The notes under the pieces are model-generated. The model saw only the letters and a program-made list of their open reading frames with translations, was not told the DNA's origin and made no database searches. Shown here in pieces: positions 35,488-45,969 of a stretch of 64,000 bases of DNA. The DNA lies in NCBI GenBank assembly GCA_027319905.1, contig DAHVMJ010000001.1, forward strand, positions 32,001 to 96,000, written 5' to 3'. Position numbers and translations under genes: made by a program. Origin of the DNA: Candidatus Micrarchaeota archaeon (lineage in GTDB: Archaea > Micrarchaeota > Micrarchaeia > Micrarchaeales > CABMGC01). Numbering within the stretch: position 1 is the first letter of the stretch; the number at the start of each line of letters is the position of its first letter.

Positions 35488-38400
35488 TATTTGTGAACAA
35501 CGAAGAGTATTTCGCGGAACTGGAAAAGAGGTTCACTTCTGCTTTCGACGTGGCGAGCAGGGCGCGGGCTGTAGGATTGGACCCCAAGCCCTATGTGGAG
35601 ATAAAGGTTGCACCTGATATCGCCGGAAAGGTTGAAGGGCTGATAGGCGTGCAGGGCATCGCCGATCTCATAAGAGAGAACCAAAAGGGCAGGACAAGAA
35701 GCGAGCTTGTCTTCGCAACAATAAAGGAGATATGTACAAACGAACAGTTTGCATCCTACGAGACGATAAAACGCATCGAGCTTGCTGTCAAGGTCGCCCT
35801 GGCAATTATGACCGACGGAGTGCTTGTAGCACCGACAGAAGGGCTGCAGTACGTATCACACTACAAGAATCAGGACAACTCCGATTACATAGCGGTATTC
35901 TACGCTGGCCCGATAAGAAGCGCGGGGGGCACGTCGGTGGCAATGTCTGTGGCTTTTGCAGATTATGCTAGAAAGTTTTTCAACATAGGAGACTACAAAG
36001 CCACGAAGGACGAGATCGAGAGATACGTAGAGGAGGTCGAGATCTACCACGAACGCGTGGTGCCGCTGCAGTACAAACCGCACCCTGAGGAGATACGCAC
36101 CATTGTAAGCAACTGCCCAGTGTGCGTAGAGGGCGTGCCCACTGAGGATATGGAGATAAGCGTACACGCCAACCTGTCGAGGATAGGATTCGGAGGTAAG
36201 AGCGTGCCGATAAGCAACCGCATACGCGGGGGAGTGCCTCTCGTGATCAGCAGCATAGCCCAGAAGGCAAAGAGCGTCTCCAGGGAGGTGAAGAAAGCGG
36301 GCCTTGATTGGAGCTGGCTTGACGGCATAATCAAGATAGACAAAGCAAAGAAGCCGGAAGACGGGCAGAAGAACGAAACCGCCGTCTTTCTTGAGAAACT
36401 GGTAGCTGGCAGGCCTGTGCTTGCATACCCGAAACACTTCGGCGGCTTTAGACTGAGATACGGAAGAAGCAGGATGACGGGCATAGCAGCAAAGGGCTTC
36501 AGCCCAGCGACCATGATAGTGCTTGATGACTTCATAGCTGTGGGGACGCAGCTTATGATAGAACTGCCTGGAAAGGGGTGCGTGGCCGCGCCCGTGGATT
36601 CGATAGAGGGACCGTTCGTGAAGCTGCGCTCAGGCGAGACGCTGCGCATCGACGACGCTGAAACGGCGTCAAAACTCAAGAACGAGATAGTGAAAATAGT
36701 CTCGCTCGGTGACATACTTGTGACCTACGGTGATTTCAAGAAGACGAACACGCCGCTGCAGCCAAGCAGCTATGTGGAAGAGCTGTGGGGCGCAGAACTC
36801 GAAGCAGCGGGAGGCAGAGTGACAAAGGAGGCACACAAGAGCATGAGTTTCGAAGACGCGTTCGCAACCTCGCTAAAGTACAACGTTCCGTTGCACCCTA
36901 GGTTCCTTTTTGAGTTCCAAGCTGTGAGCGAGGAACAGCTCAGGCTGCTGGTGCAGGTGATAGCGAAGAGTGCAGATCCGAAGAAGAACCTTTTCCAGAC
37001 CGATGGGCTGTTGTTGAACGACGCTGCAGGCAACGAACAACTTAACGATGCGTTAGAGCTGCTGATGGTGCCCACAAAACCTGATGGCGATAATATAAAG
37101 ATAGCCAAGGATTATGCACAAAGCCTGCTTGTTTCGTTCGGCTTCGTTCAGGACAAGGAGGGCAACATAAACATCGAGATAGCGGACAGGTACGAGAAGA
37201 TGGAAGGTGCGCTCGCGCTGGTAAACGAACTGTCGATCATCAAGCTGATGAAGAGGAGCACATTCATAGGCGCGAGGATAGGCAGGCCTGAGAAGGCTGG
37301 GGAGAGGCTGATGGTTCCGGCGCCGAACGTCCTGTTTCCTGTGGGGTATGAAGGGGGAAAGGAGAGGAATATTGCAGCGGCATCTACAGCGGAATCGAAA
37401 AAGTTCGGTGTGCAGGGAGTGAGGATAGAGCTGGCGAGATATGTCTGCAAGAACTGCGGAAGCAGGCTTGATTCGCCGTGGTGCTACAATTGCAACATGC
37501 ACGCTATCGTAGAGCACGTGTGCACGAAGTGCGGCACAAAGCAGGAAGGCGAGATTTGCGTGAGATGCGGGAGCGAGACACAGGCGTACGAGCAGCGGGA
37601 TGTCAATTTCTCTGGGCTTGTCACCAACGCTGTTACGCGGCTTGGATCGCCGAGACTGCCCAAAGTGGTGAAGGGCGTGAAGGGGCTCATGAACAAGAGC
37701 AAGATTGCAGAACCGGTCGAGAAGGGAATACTGCGTTCAATGTTCAACGTCTTCATATTCAAGGACGGCACCGCACGCTTCGACGCTACTGACATGCCGA
37801 TAACACACTTCTATCCCAGGGAGGTTGGAACCTCGGTAGAGAGGCTCAGGGAGATGGGGTATGACAAGGACCATGAGGGCAAACCGCTTGAGAAAGACAA
37901 CCAACTGCTGGAGCTGAAGCACCAGGACGTGATAGTGAACAAGAAAGGCGCAGAGTATCTCTTCAGCATATCCAGATTCACCGATGATATGCTGCAGAGG
38001 CTCTATGGTCTGCCCGCCTACTACAACGCAAACAGCTCTCAGGATCTGGTAGGCCAGCTTGTGCTGACGCTCTCGCCGCACACCTCGTGTGCGGTGCTAA
38101 ATAGGATAGTTGGCTTCACCGATGCCAACGTCGGGTTCGCTCATCCGTACACCATCTGTGCCAGAAGAAGAAACGCCGATGGAGACGAGGACACGACGAT
38201 GTTGCTGCTTGATGCACTTATCAACTTCTCCAGAGAGTACCTGCCGGTGAGCATAGGCGGCACGATGGACGAGCCGCTGCTCCTAACAACCAGAGTGAAA
38301 CCAGAGGAGGTGGATGATGAGGTGCACGCGATGGAGGTAACGGGAGATTACGGCCTGGAGTTCTACAGCAAAACTTTTGCGGGCACGCCTCCGTCGGAGG

Positions 38401-38945
38401 CGAAGGTAGAGCTTGTGGAGAACAGGTTGGGAACGAGCGACGCCTATAAGAACCTGAGATTCACGCATGATTCTTCGGTAAACGCGATAAAGAACTCGCC
38501 AAAGAAGAGCATCTACACAGTGCTCAAGACCATGGATGAGAAGATAGAGAGCGAGTTCAGGATAATGGACATGCTCGAATCGATCGACAAGCGCGACGCT
38601 GCCAGGAGGCTGATAAACGGCCACTTCATACGTGACCTCATCGGCAACCTGCATTCTTTCTCGAGGCAGCAGTTCAGGTGCGCGAGTTGCAATGCAAAGT
38701 ACAGGAGGGTGCCGCTTAGCGGCAAGTGCACGCGCTGCGGAGGCAAGCTTCTGTTGACGATATCAAAGGGAAGCATAGAGAAGTATCTCAACACTTCGAT
38801 CAGGCTCGCCGATAGGTACAACCTTGATATCTACACGAAGCAGAGGCTCCAGCTGATAAAAGACGAGATAGACAATCTCTTCGGCAGCCTTGAGCTCAAC
38901 GTGGAGGAGAACCGTGGGCAGTTCAACCTGGTCAACTTCATGTGA
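35484..38945 (+). CDS. polC: DNA polymerase D large subunit DP2 (no intein)
   Basis: AGPIRSAGGT, GGFRLRYGRSR, KDGTARFD, RRNADGDED, zinc fingers. Confidence 0.97.
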   Translation: MIFVNNEEYFAELEKRFTSAFDVASRARAVGLDPKPYVEIKVAPDIAGKVEGLIGVQGIADLIRENQKGRTRSELVFATIKEICTNEQFASYETIKRIELAVKVALAIMTDGVLVAPTEGLQYVSHYKNQDNSDYIAVFYAGPIRSAGGTSVAMSVAFADYARKFFNIGDYKATKDEIERYVEEVEIYHERVVPLQYKPHPEEIRTIVSNCPVCVEGVPTEDMEISVHANLSRIGFGGKSVPISNRIRGGVPLVISSIAQKAKSVSREVKKAGLDWSWLDGIIKIDKAKKPEDGQKNETAVFLEKLVAGRPVLAYPKHFGGFRLRYGRSRMTGIAAKGFSPATMIVLDDFIAVGTQLMIELPGKGCVAAPVDSIEGPFVKLRSGETLRIDDAETASKLKNEIVKIVSLGDILVTYGDFKKTNTPLQPSSYVEELWGAELEAAGGRVTKEAHKSMSFEDAFATSLKYNVPLHPRFLFEFQAVSEEQLRLLVQVIAKSADPKKNLFQTDGLLLNDAAGNEQLNDALELLMVPTKPDGDNIKIAKDYAQSLLVSFGFVQDKEGNINIEIADRYEKMEGALALVNELSIIKLMKRSTFIGARIGRPEKAGERLMVPAPNVLFPVGYEGGKERNIAAASTAESKKFGVQGVRIELARYVCKNCGSRLDSPWCYNCNMHAIVEHVCTKCGTKQEGEICVRCGSETQAYEQRDVNFSGLVTNAVTRLGSPRLPKVVKGVKGLMNKSKIAEPVEKGILRSMFNVFIFKDGTARFDATDMPITHFYPREVGTSVERLREMGYDKDHEGKPLEKDNQLLELKHQDVIVNKKGAEYLFSISRFTDDMLQRLYGLPAYYNANSSQDLVGQLVLTLSPHTSCAVLNRIVGFTDANVGFAHPYTICARRRNADGDEDTTMLLLDALINFSREYLPVSIGGTMDEPLLLTTRVKPEEVDDEVHAMEVTGDYGLEFYSKTFAGTPPSEAKVELVENRLGTSDAYKNLRFTHDSSVNAIKNSPKKSIYTVLKTMDEKIESEFRIMDMLESIDKRDAARRLINGHFIRDLIGNLHSFSRQQFRCASCNAKYRRVPLSGKCTRCGGKLLLTISKGSIEKYLNTSIRLADRYNLDIYTKQRLQLIKDEIDNLFGSLELNVEENRGQFNLVNFM

Positions 38946-38957
38946 ACCTATTATGCG

Positions 38958-39470
38958 TCAGACGAGATACTTTTCAATTATGTAGGCCTTGGCGTCCTTG
39001 AGCAGTTGTTGTTGGTTCTCGAACCTTGCCCTCTCTATTGCTTTGTCGACCGGGAGAAAATAGTATCTTTTGTGTTCCTGAGAGAGCGTGATCTGTTTTT
39101 TCTCATTCGTATGCATAAAAGCGAGGAAAAACACAACTCTTTTGTGGATCAGTGTGTTGCGATCTGTCCTAGAAGGCTTCTCTGTATACACGTACTGGTT
39201 CTCTTCCCTAAATCCCGTGTCCAGGTGAAGGGGCAGACCTATTTCCTCCCTTATCTCGCGATGCGCTGCCTGCATCAGTGTTTCTCCTTTCTCCACATGG
39301 CCCTTCGGCATGTCAAACCACTCTTCGCCCGTTTCGTTGTTCTGAACCAGCGCGAGAACCATTATCTCTTGCTTTTCCACGTAGAAGACTACGGCGCCAG
39401 CTGAGACCTCGTTTACCGCCTTTGTTTTTTCCCTACTTCGAGTTGTTCTTGATCGCTTCTTCAAGTACAT
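38958..39470 (-). CDS. NUDIX hydrolase (Ap4A hydrolase-like)
   Basis: SAGAVV, PKGHVEKGETLMQAAHREIREEIG Nudix box, LSQEH. Confidence 0.9.
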   Translation of the reverse strand: MYLKKRSRTTRSREKTKAVNEVSAGAVVFYVEKQEIMVLALVQNNETGEEWFDMPKGHVEKGETLMQAAHREIREEIGLPLHLDTGFREENQYVYTEKPSRTDRNTLIHKRVVFFLAFMHTNEKKQITLSQEHKRYYFLPVDKAIERARFENQQQLLKDAKAYIIEKYLV

Positions 39471-40740
39471 CGAGCCCCTTGTCTATGTTACTTTCCAGTA
39501 TAGTCAGAGGTGGTATGATCCTGATTGTAGAGCTGCCTGCAGGAAGGACCACCAACCCTTTGTTGAAGCAGTCCACTATTATACTGTCGCGCTCTTTCGT
39601 AGCGTACTCCTTGCCCTCCTTCGACTTTACGAACTCAACCCCTATCATCAGCCCCATGCCGCGAACGTCGCCCACCAACTCGTATGTTTCCTTCATCTCA
39701 TTCATTCTCTTCATTATCTTGGCTCCCTTCCTTGCGATGCTGCGTTCGAGTCCGCGCCTGTTGCGTTTGATGTAATCGAGAGACGCTGTCGCTGCCGCTG
39801 ACGCGACGAGGTTTCCGCCAAATGTGCCTGCATGCGATCCTGCGGGGGTATCGCCCAGCGACTTTCTGGCCACGGTTGCAGCAAGAGGGAAACCTGCACC
39901 AAAAGACTTCGCAAACGTGTATATGTCGGCTACGGTGCCGAAGTTGCTGAGTGCAAGGAACTTGCCCGTTCGCATGTAGCCCGCCTGTATCTCATCGTCC
40001 ACGAGAAGTATGCCGTGCTCGTCGGCCAGTTTTCTAAGTTCCTTGAAGAAGCCCCTTGGAGGTACTACGTAGCCACCCTCGCCCTGTATGGGCTCGAAGA
40101 ATATCGCAGCGACCTCGTTCGGCGGGACCTCCTTTCCGAGGATGTTCCTTTCGATAAAGTCTATGCTTGCCTGTGAGCATTCCTCTGGGCTGCCGTTGAA
40201 TCTGTAGGGGTCGGGATATGGAGCGTGCGAGACGTTCACGAAAGGGCCGAAGTGCGCCCTGTGGGACGTCTTCGATGCGGTGAGTCCGAGGGCGCCAATA
40301 GACCTCCCGTGGAAGGCACCGTAGAACGCTATTATGTGGCGCCTCTTTGTGAAGAGCTTGACGAGCTTTATGGCGTCTTCGTTTGCCTCAGTGCCTGAGT
40401 TTGAGAAGAAGACACGGCCGAATCCTGGAGGGAGCATACCTACAAGCTTCTCCGCAAGCTCAACCGGGGCCTCTTCATAGTAGTCCATGAACATGCCGTG
40501 CATCAGCCTATCAATCTGCTTCTTTGCTGCGTTTCGTATCTGTGCGTTTGCATTAACTCCCAGATTGTAGCAGCTAACGAAGCTTGAGAAATCGATAAAC
40601 CTGTTGCCCTCTATGTCGAAGACATGGTCGCCATTTCCGTGATCTGCAACGAAAGGAAAATCTTCACGGGTAGTGGTGAAGATTACTTTGCTGTCTCTCC
40701 TTATCACGTCCCTTATCCTCTTTCCTATTTTGACCTGCAT
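39433..40740 (-). CDS. Class III PLP aminotransferase (ornithine/4-aminobutyrate-like)
   Basis: NSGTEANE, AFHGRS, EPIQGEGG, DEIQAGYMRTG, FAKS, HAGTFGGN. Confidence 0.92.
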   Translation of the reverse strand: MQVKIGKRIRDVIRRDSKVIFTTTREDFPFVADHGNGDHVFDIEGNRFIDFSSFVSCYNLGVNANAQIRNAAKKQIDRLMHGMFMDYYEEAPVELAEKLVGMLPPGFGRVFFSNSGTEANEDAIKLVKLFTKRRHIIAFYGAFHGRSIGALGLTASKTSHRAHFGPFVNVSHAPYPDPYRFNGSPEECSQASIDFIERNILGKEVPPNEVAAIFFEPIQGEGGYVVPPRGFFKELRKLADEHGILLVDDEIQAGYMRTGKFLALSNFGTVADIYTFAKSFGAGFPLAATVARKSLGDTPAGSHAGTFGGNLVASAAATASLDYIKRNRRGLERSIARKGAKIMKRMNEMKETYELVGDVRGMGLMIGVEFVKSKEGKEYATKERDSIIVDCFNKGLVVLPAGSSTIRIIPPLTILESNIDKGLDVLEEAIKNNSK

Positions 40741-40803
40741 TTAAACAGATTAACAATATTCGAAAGGGTTTATATTATCTTTCAGGGGGACGCTCGACGC
40801 TTG

Positions 40804-41697
40804 TTATGGAGGAGTGTACCCGCCTGCCCACTGGTTTGTGTATGTGACTCCACTCGGCACAGCGTTGTTGTTGTTTCCGCTGTAGTCGTTGGCGTTGCCG
40901 TTGAGCGGCCACCAGCCCACGATATTCTGAAGATTGAGGGGCGCGCCTCCAATTCCCTCGGTGTAGAGGTACTGTATCTCGTTGGCTGAGAGGCTTGTGT
41001 TGTATATCTGTATTCCAGCGATCATTCCTACTCCGGCAGGTGAACCGCCGTCTTCAATTCCTATATTTAGAATGTCTGTAGAAGATATGCTCGGGGCCCC
41101 AAGTGTGATTGCCGGATACTGATACGAATTCAAATATAGCGTCAACGTTGTCCCGCTTAGGGTTCCAGCCATGAAGTTCCATTGATCGAGTTGGATCGTG
41201 GGACCCGAACTCGGGGTACCATCGTTGCACCAGTTCTCGAACCTAGGGCGAAGGCTTCCGCTGCTGTTATCTACACACAGTACAGCCCCCTGCGAGCATC
41301 CTTGATGGTAAGACACGGCTAAGGCGCAATAATTATTGCCTCCGATCGCTTCTGGATAGACCCAATACGTTATTGTGGCTGTGTTTCCACTTAGAATCTG
41401 CGTATTTGAAGCTGATGCATATGAAGACCAGCTGGTGGTTGTTGTGGGATTAACAAATACGCCAACATACTGTGGGAGCTCTCCGTTGCACACGCCCTCT
41501 AGATTGATGAAATGTGCGCTATTTGGCCCATTCGGTCTGAAGACCTGGCAGGCCCCGGGCGGAGCTCTTGGCGCAAACGTGCCTGCATTGAACACTCCTA
41601 GTTGGAAGAGTGCACCCAGGACAACCGCGATGATGAGTATGGCCCACCCGTAGGTCATCAGGTACTCCATCGCCGACTGGAGCCTCTTTAGGCGCAT
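40804..41697 (-). CDS. Pilin-like protein with class III signal and LamG/ConA domain (paralogue B)
   Basis: Same N- and C-terminal blocks as paralogue A. Confidence 0.9.
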   Translation of the reverse strand: MRLKRLQSAMEYLMTYGWAILIIAVVLGALFQLGVFNAGTFAPRAPPGACQVFRPNGPNSAHFINLEGVCNGELPQYVGVFVNPTTTTSWSSYASASNTQILSGNTATITYWVYPEAIGGNNYCALAVSYHQGCSQGAVLCVDNSSGSLRPRFENWCNDGTPSSGPTIQLDQWNFMAGTLSGTTLTLYLNSYQYPAITLGAPSISSTDILNIGIEDGGSPAGVGMIAGIQIYNTSLSANEIQYLYTEGIGGAPLNLQNIVGWWPLNGNANDYSGNNNNAVPSGVTYTNQWAGGYTPP

Positions 41698-41740
41698 GTC
41701 CTAACTAAGTGTTTGACAACTTTTATGCTTTGTGGCGATT

Positions 41741-41980
41741 CTACTTGGAAAGCTTGCTTGCCTCTATCTCGAGCGCCCTGGCAAGCTGCTCCTTGCTTGC
41801 CGGGTCTATTTTCTCTGACAGGAATTCGAGATGCTTAATGTTGCATCTCCTCTCCTTCAGCCTGACCGAGGTAACAACGTTCACAAAATTAGCGTCAACA
41901 ATCTTGGTTACCACTGCCCTCTTGCCCGCGTCCCTGCCGAACTTCTTCACACACACTCTGCCTGATTCAATCAAAGCCAT
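41741..41980 (-). CDS. rpl14e: 50S ribosomal protein L14e
   Basis: GRVCVKKFGRDAGKRAVV...RRCNIKHLE. Confidence 0.95.
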   Translation of the reverse strand: MALIESGRVCVKKFGRDAGKRAVVTKIVDANFVNVVTSVRLKERRCNIKHLEFLSEKIDPASKEQLARALEIEASKLSK

Positions 41981-41995
41981 ATACTTACCCTTGTT

Positions 41996-42556
41996 TTACT
42001 CTGGTTTGTCCCCTGCCTCTTTCAGTATCTCTTCCGCTACCTGTTCCTGTGTTTTATTATTAACGTCAATAATTATATTAAAGGGCTTCATGTCAACGCC
42101 CAGCTCTATTCCGTACATCTTCTTGTACAGTTCGTAGTTCTCCCTGTCCCTCACGCTCACTATCTCGCGCGCCCTGTCTATCGGGATCGAGTCACGCAAT
42201 GCCATACGTTTAGTTCGCGTATCCTTCGACGCTTCAAGCCAGACCTTGACCCCTCTTTCGGAGAGCCATGGCATAGTGTAGCTTGTGACGACGATGTTGC
42301 CTCTTTCAATCTTCTCAATCATCCGTCTGTCAGCTTCCTTGTCAAAATCAGGGTTCAGTTCCCGCTCCCTAAGGAACTTTATGCCGTCTGGCGTGTCCCA
42401 CCAGTCTTCGTCAGTGACAGAATAGCCGCGCTCTCGGGCCATTTCCTTGAGCACGTCACCTCCGCCCGCCATGCTAACTCCTGTTTTCTTGGAGATCTCC
42501 TGCGCCGTGGCGGTTTTGCCCGCAGCCGGCATGCCCGAAAGGATAAGAGCCTTCAT
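41996..42556 (-). CDS. cmk: Cytidylate kinase (archaeal type)
   Basis: SGMPAAGKT, KVWLEAS...R..R, YKKMYGI; between rpl34e and rpl14e. Confidence 0.9.
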   Translation of the reverse strand: MKALILSGMPAAGKTATAQEISKKTGVSMAGGGDVLKEMARERGYSVTDEDWWDTPDGIKFLRERELNPDFDKEADRRMIEKIERGNIVVTSYTMPWLSERGVKVWLEASKDTRTKRMALRDSIPIDRAREIVSVRDRENYELYKKMYGIELGVDMKPFNIIIDVNNKTQEQVAEEILKEAGDKPE

Positions 42557-42610
42557 ATTGAGTTTTGCCCTGCAAGATTAATATTCTTGACGCGGCTTCG
42601 CCAAAACACG

Positions 42611-42937
42611 CTAGTGCGCGATCATCTGCAGCACGAAGACCCTCTGTCTCGTGCCTATGTCCCCGACGCGCATCTCCCCGTTCTCTATCCTGCTCGCCAG
42701 CTTGACCACCTCTGCGGTGCATGATGCACACAGCACGCCGCCGAATATCCTGGAGTTGCTCTTCCTGCTCCTGCCCTTGGCGTTGTCTCCTGCGTTTATA
42801 CCGTTGAGCTCCGTGCTGCATATGGCGCAGTGCGGCAGCATCGCCTTCTTGCGCTCAAAGTGAAGCACATGTCTCCCGCTGGGCGCGACCCTGTCGAGTC
42901 TTCTGAAACTCCTGGACCTGTGCATCGGCTTGGGCAT
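42611..42937 (-). CDS. rpl34e: 50S ribosomal protein L34e
   Basis: MPKPMHRSRS...PSGR...CAIC...RIFGGVLCASC. Confidence 0.95.
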   Translation of the reverse strand: MPKPMHRSRSFRRLDRVAPSGRHVLHFERKKAMLPHCAICSTELNGINAGDNAKGRSRKSNSRIFGGVLCASCTAEVVKLASRIENGEMRVGDIGTRQRVFVLQMIAH

Positions 42938-42987
42938 TTCGATACCTGAAACAGAGAATATGTTTGTTCGTCTAAAGCATAAATAGC

Positions 42988-43464
42988 TTACTGCTGCGTC
43001 GCCTCCGCCTGCTGCTTCTCCTTCGCAAGCCTCATCCTGTCGCGTAGCATGAGCGCTCCGGAGAGAAGCAGGCCTGCCACGAAAGCAACCGCTATAAAGT
43101 AGGTCCTGTAGTTGAGCGTCATCGACAAAACAGGCACGGTTATGTTGGGGTTGGTAGTGAATACTGCTGGAAAGACAAGATAATAGACCACGAAGAAGAT
43201 GGGCAGCACCACGAACATAGGTTTGAGCTGCGATCTCATGCTTTGGCCCAGCAGCGTGGTTATCTCCTTCTGCTTGAGCGCCAACTTCTCTTGGTCCGCC
43301 TTTGCCTTTACCATCTCATTTAGCTCCTTGCTCTTCTGCTTTATCGTTTCCTGCACTTCCTGCATGTGTTTCATGTCTACAAGTTTGCGCTGCGCGGACA
43401 CAGAAAACACTACGTAGATTATCGCTATTGCCGTTATCTCTATTCCTACTACCATCGCTTTCAC
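42988..43464 (-). CDS. EMC3/TMCO1 (DUF106) Oxa1-superfamily membrane protein
   Basis: TM, coiled coil, KPMFVVLPIF; conserved position after adk. Confidence 0.85.
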   Translation of the reverse strand: MKAMVVGIEITAIAIIYVVFSVSAQRKLVDMKHMQEVQETIKQKSKELNEMVKAKADQEKLALKQKEITTLLGQSMRSQLKPMFVVLPIFFVVYYLVFPAVFTTNPNITVPVLSMTLNYRTYFIAVAFVAGLLLSGALMLRDRMRLAKEKQQAEATQQ

Positions 43465-44030
43465 TTGGCCTTTTCTATTATCTCCACAACACGTTTCTGC
43501 GCCGCCACAAGACCGCCGTCATCGTTCTGTACTATGAATATGGGCGCCTGAAGGCGCATGGCGTATATGGTTGTGAAAGAGAGATTCATTCTCCTGTGCA
43601 TCTCTATCTCATCTGCGCTGTCAGCCTCGCGCCTCCTGCTCTTGTCCCTCTTTCTTCTTGCGATTATCTGCTTTGTTGGCGCGTCAACGTATATTATCGC
43701 CTTTGTTATGCTCTTCAGCATGTCCAGATCTGCGAAGGAGAAGCCTGAGTAGTAGCCGTCGCCTGTCTTGAGGCTGGCGTGGGTGTCAAGCGCTATTGTA
43801 CCCTTCATCCTTGAGATTTTCATAAGTATGCCGTTCCTTATTTCGGCGTCGTGCTTCACGTCCAGAACGCCCAATTTCCTTACCTCGTCCCTGTCCTTCG
43901 TTCCGGTCAACCTAGAGTACACGTTGAGCATCTCGGTGCCTATGCTTATCACCTTGGCGCCTTTTGCACCCTTGAGCACGGTTGTCTTACCTGCACCCTG
44001 CGTACCGAACACAAGAAAGAGACTTGTCAT
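43461..44030 (-). CDS. adkA: Adenylate kinase (archaeal AdkA type)
   Basis: GTQGAGKTT, DRDEVRK, LDTH, RRKRDKSRRR. Confidence 0.9.
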   Translation of the reverse strand: MTSLFLVFGTQGAGKTTVLKGAKGAKVISIGTEMLNVYSRLTGTKDRDEVRKLGVLDVKHDAEIRNGILMKISRMKGTIALDTHASLKTGDGYYSGFSFADLDMLKSITKAIIYVDAPTKQIIARRKRDKSRRREADSADEIEMHRRMNLSFTTIYAMRLQAPIFIVQNDDGGLVAAQKRVVEIIEKAK

Positions 44031-44088
44031 CCGAACACGTCTAGTAAGGATGCGCAGAGAAGGTATAAAAGAGGGGTCCAGGCTCTGC

Positions 44089-45756
44089 CTAGTCAGACTC
44101 CCCTCCCATGCCTCCAGGCATGCCGCCGCCCGGCGGTCCGCCCGCTGGCCTGCTACCTTTGCTGCTTATCATGTCGTCTATCCTGAGGATCTGAACGCTT
44201 GCTTCCATGGCGCTCGAGATTGCCTGCTGCTTTATCTTCACAGGCTCTATAACGCCGAGCTTGTCCATGTCACCTATCACTCCACGGTGCACGTCAACGC
44301 CGTAGCTCCTGCCCTCCTTGCCCTTCTGCTTGCTCCTTAGCTGCACTATCGTGTCTATCGCGTCCATGCCGGCGCTGTCCGCGAGAGTCTTCGGTATGGC
44401 TTCGAGCGCGTCTCCAAACGCCTGTATGGCGAGCTGCTCCCTTCCGCCGACATTGTTCGCGTATTCCCTGAGACCCTTGGCCACGAACTCCTCGGTGCTT
44501 CCGCCTCCGTAGACGTACTTGCCGACTTCGAGGGCGCTTGTCAGCGCGCCTATCTCATCCGTGAGAGCGCGCTCCGTTTCGTCGACGACCTGCTTGGTGC
44601 CGCCCCTGACGAATATGGTGACGCTCTTCGGGTCCTTGCACTTCTCCACAAAGACCATCTGCTCTCCTGAGATCTTCCTCTCTTCTACGAGACCCGCAAA
44701 TCCGAGGTCGCTGGAAGTTAGATCGTCGAGGCTGGTGACAACTTTTGCGCCTGTTGCCTTCGCCAGCTTCTCCATGTCGCTCTTCTTCACACGCCTTACC
44801 GCGAGCATGCCTGCCTTGGATAGGTAGTGCTGCGCAACATCGTCTATACCCTTCTGCACGAAAATAACGTTAGCGCCGCTCTTTGCTGCCTTGTCCGCCA
44901 TGCCCTTGAGCATCTTCTCCTCCTGCTGCAGAAAACTCTGCATCTGCTCCGGAGATGTTATCTCTATCCTTGCGTCGGTCTCCGTCTTCTCTATCTCAAG
45001 CGCAAGGTCGAGAAGCGCTATCTTTGCGTTCTTGACGCTCTTGGGCATTCCTGGATGCGCGACCTCCTTGTCCACGAGCACCCCGTTTATGTACTGCGTA
45101 TCTTCAACGCTACCTCCCTCCTTCTTCTCCAGCTTGATGAAATCTTTGTCTATCAGTATCTTGCTGTCGCGCTTGTCAGCTACCTGCTTTATCGCCTTTA
45201 TCGCAAGTCCTGAGAGATACTTCCTGGTTATGTCGTTGCCTATATTCTTCGAGCCGACCGAGACCATCGCTATCTTCTCGAGTTTGTCGTCGTCATTCAG
45301 AGTTACGGACTCGGAGCAGTCTCCGAGTAGGTCCTTTGCCTTTCCTGCGGCCATCTCGTACCCCTTGATTATCGTGTTCGGGTTTATGCCCTTCTCTATC
45401 AGGTCGCCGGCGTTCTTCAGCAACTCGCCTGCTATTATGACGGCTGTGGTGGTGCCATCGCCTACCTCCTTGTCCTGGCTCTTCGCTATCTCAACCATGA
45501 GCTTTGCCACAGGATGCTCTACATTCATCTCCTCTAGTATCGAGGCGCCGTCGTTGGTTATGACTATATCGCCGAGCTCGCTCACTAGCATCTTGTCCAT
45601 CCCCTTCGGGCCAAGCGTGCTCCTCACTATGCTCGCAACGGCGTAGCCCACTGCTATGTTTGTGCGCTGTGCCTCCCTTCCGAGAATCCTGCTTGCCCCT
45701 TCAGGCAATATCATGTACTGCTGACCTAGTTGGTTCTCTGCCATGTTTTCACTCAA
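44089..45756 (-). CDS. ths: Thermosome (group II chaperonin) subunit
   Basis: STLGPKGMDKM, TNDG, EVGDGTTT, GGM-rich tail. Confidence 0.97.
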   Translation of the reverse strand: MSENMAENQLGQQYMILPEGASRILGREAQRTNIAVGYAVASIVRSTLGPKGMDKMLVSELGDIVITNDGASILEEMNVEHPVAKLMVEIAKSQDKEVGDGTTTAVIIAGELLKNAGDLIEKGINPNTIIKGYEMAAGKAKDLLGDCSESVTLNDDDKLEKIAMVSVGSKNIGNDITRKYLSGLAIKAIKQVADKRDSKILIDKDFIKLEKKEGGSVEDTQYINGVLVDKEVAHPGMPKSVKNAKIALLDLALEIEKTETDARIEITSPEQMQSFLQQEEKMLKGMADKAAKSGANVIFVQKGIDDVAQHYLSKAGMLAVRRVKKSDMEKLAKATGAKVVTSLDDLTSSDLGFAGLVEERKISGEQMVFVEKCKDPKSVTIFVRGGTKQVVDETERALTDEIGALTSALEVGKYVYGGGSTEEFVAKGLREYANNVGGREQLAIQAFGDALEAIPKTLADSAGMDAIDTIVQLRSKQKGKEGRSYGVDVHRGVIGDMDKLGVIEPVKIKQQAISSAMEASVQILRIDDMISSKGSRPAGGPPGGGMPGGMGGESD

Positions 45757-45969
45757 TTAGCGTAATTTTGCCCCCAAAATCGCGTCAAGACTGACTTGTA
45801 TTTTTTATGGGTATATGATGATAAGTTATGTCGGATAATCTATTTAAATCTTTCTGGCTCGCATGTTTGGCACCGCCTAAGCCGGAGGTGCCCAGGGGCC
45901 CACGATCTCTTTCCGTCCTTAATTTTCTCTAGAAGCCTTGGAGGTACAACTAAAAAGCTTCAGCGCGCC

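Noticed and set aside
35484..38945. Intein in PolD DP2
   Set aside because: Length is normal and the RRNADGDED catalytic region is uninterrupted.
45816..45860. Second C/D sRNA from an ATGATGA upstream of the thermosome gene
   Set aside because: No CTGA D or D' boxes at suitable spacing; the region is the thermosome promoter/leader.
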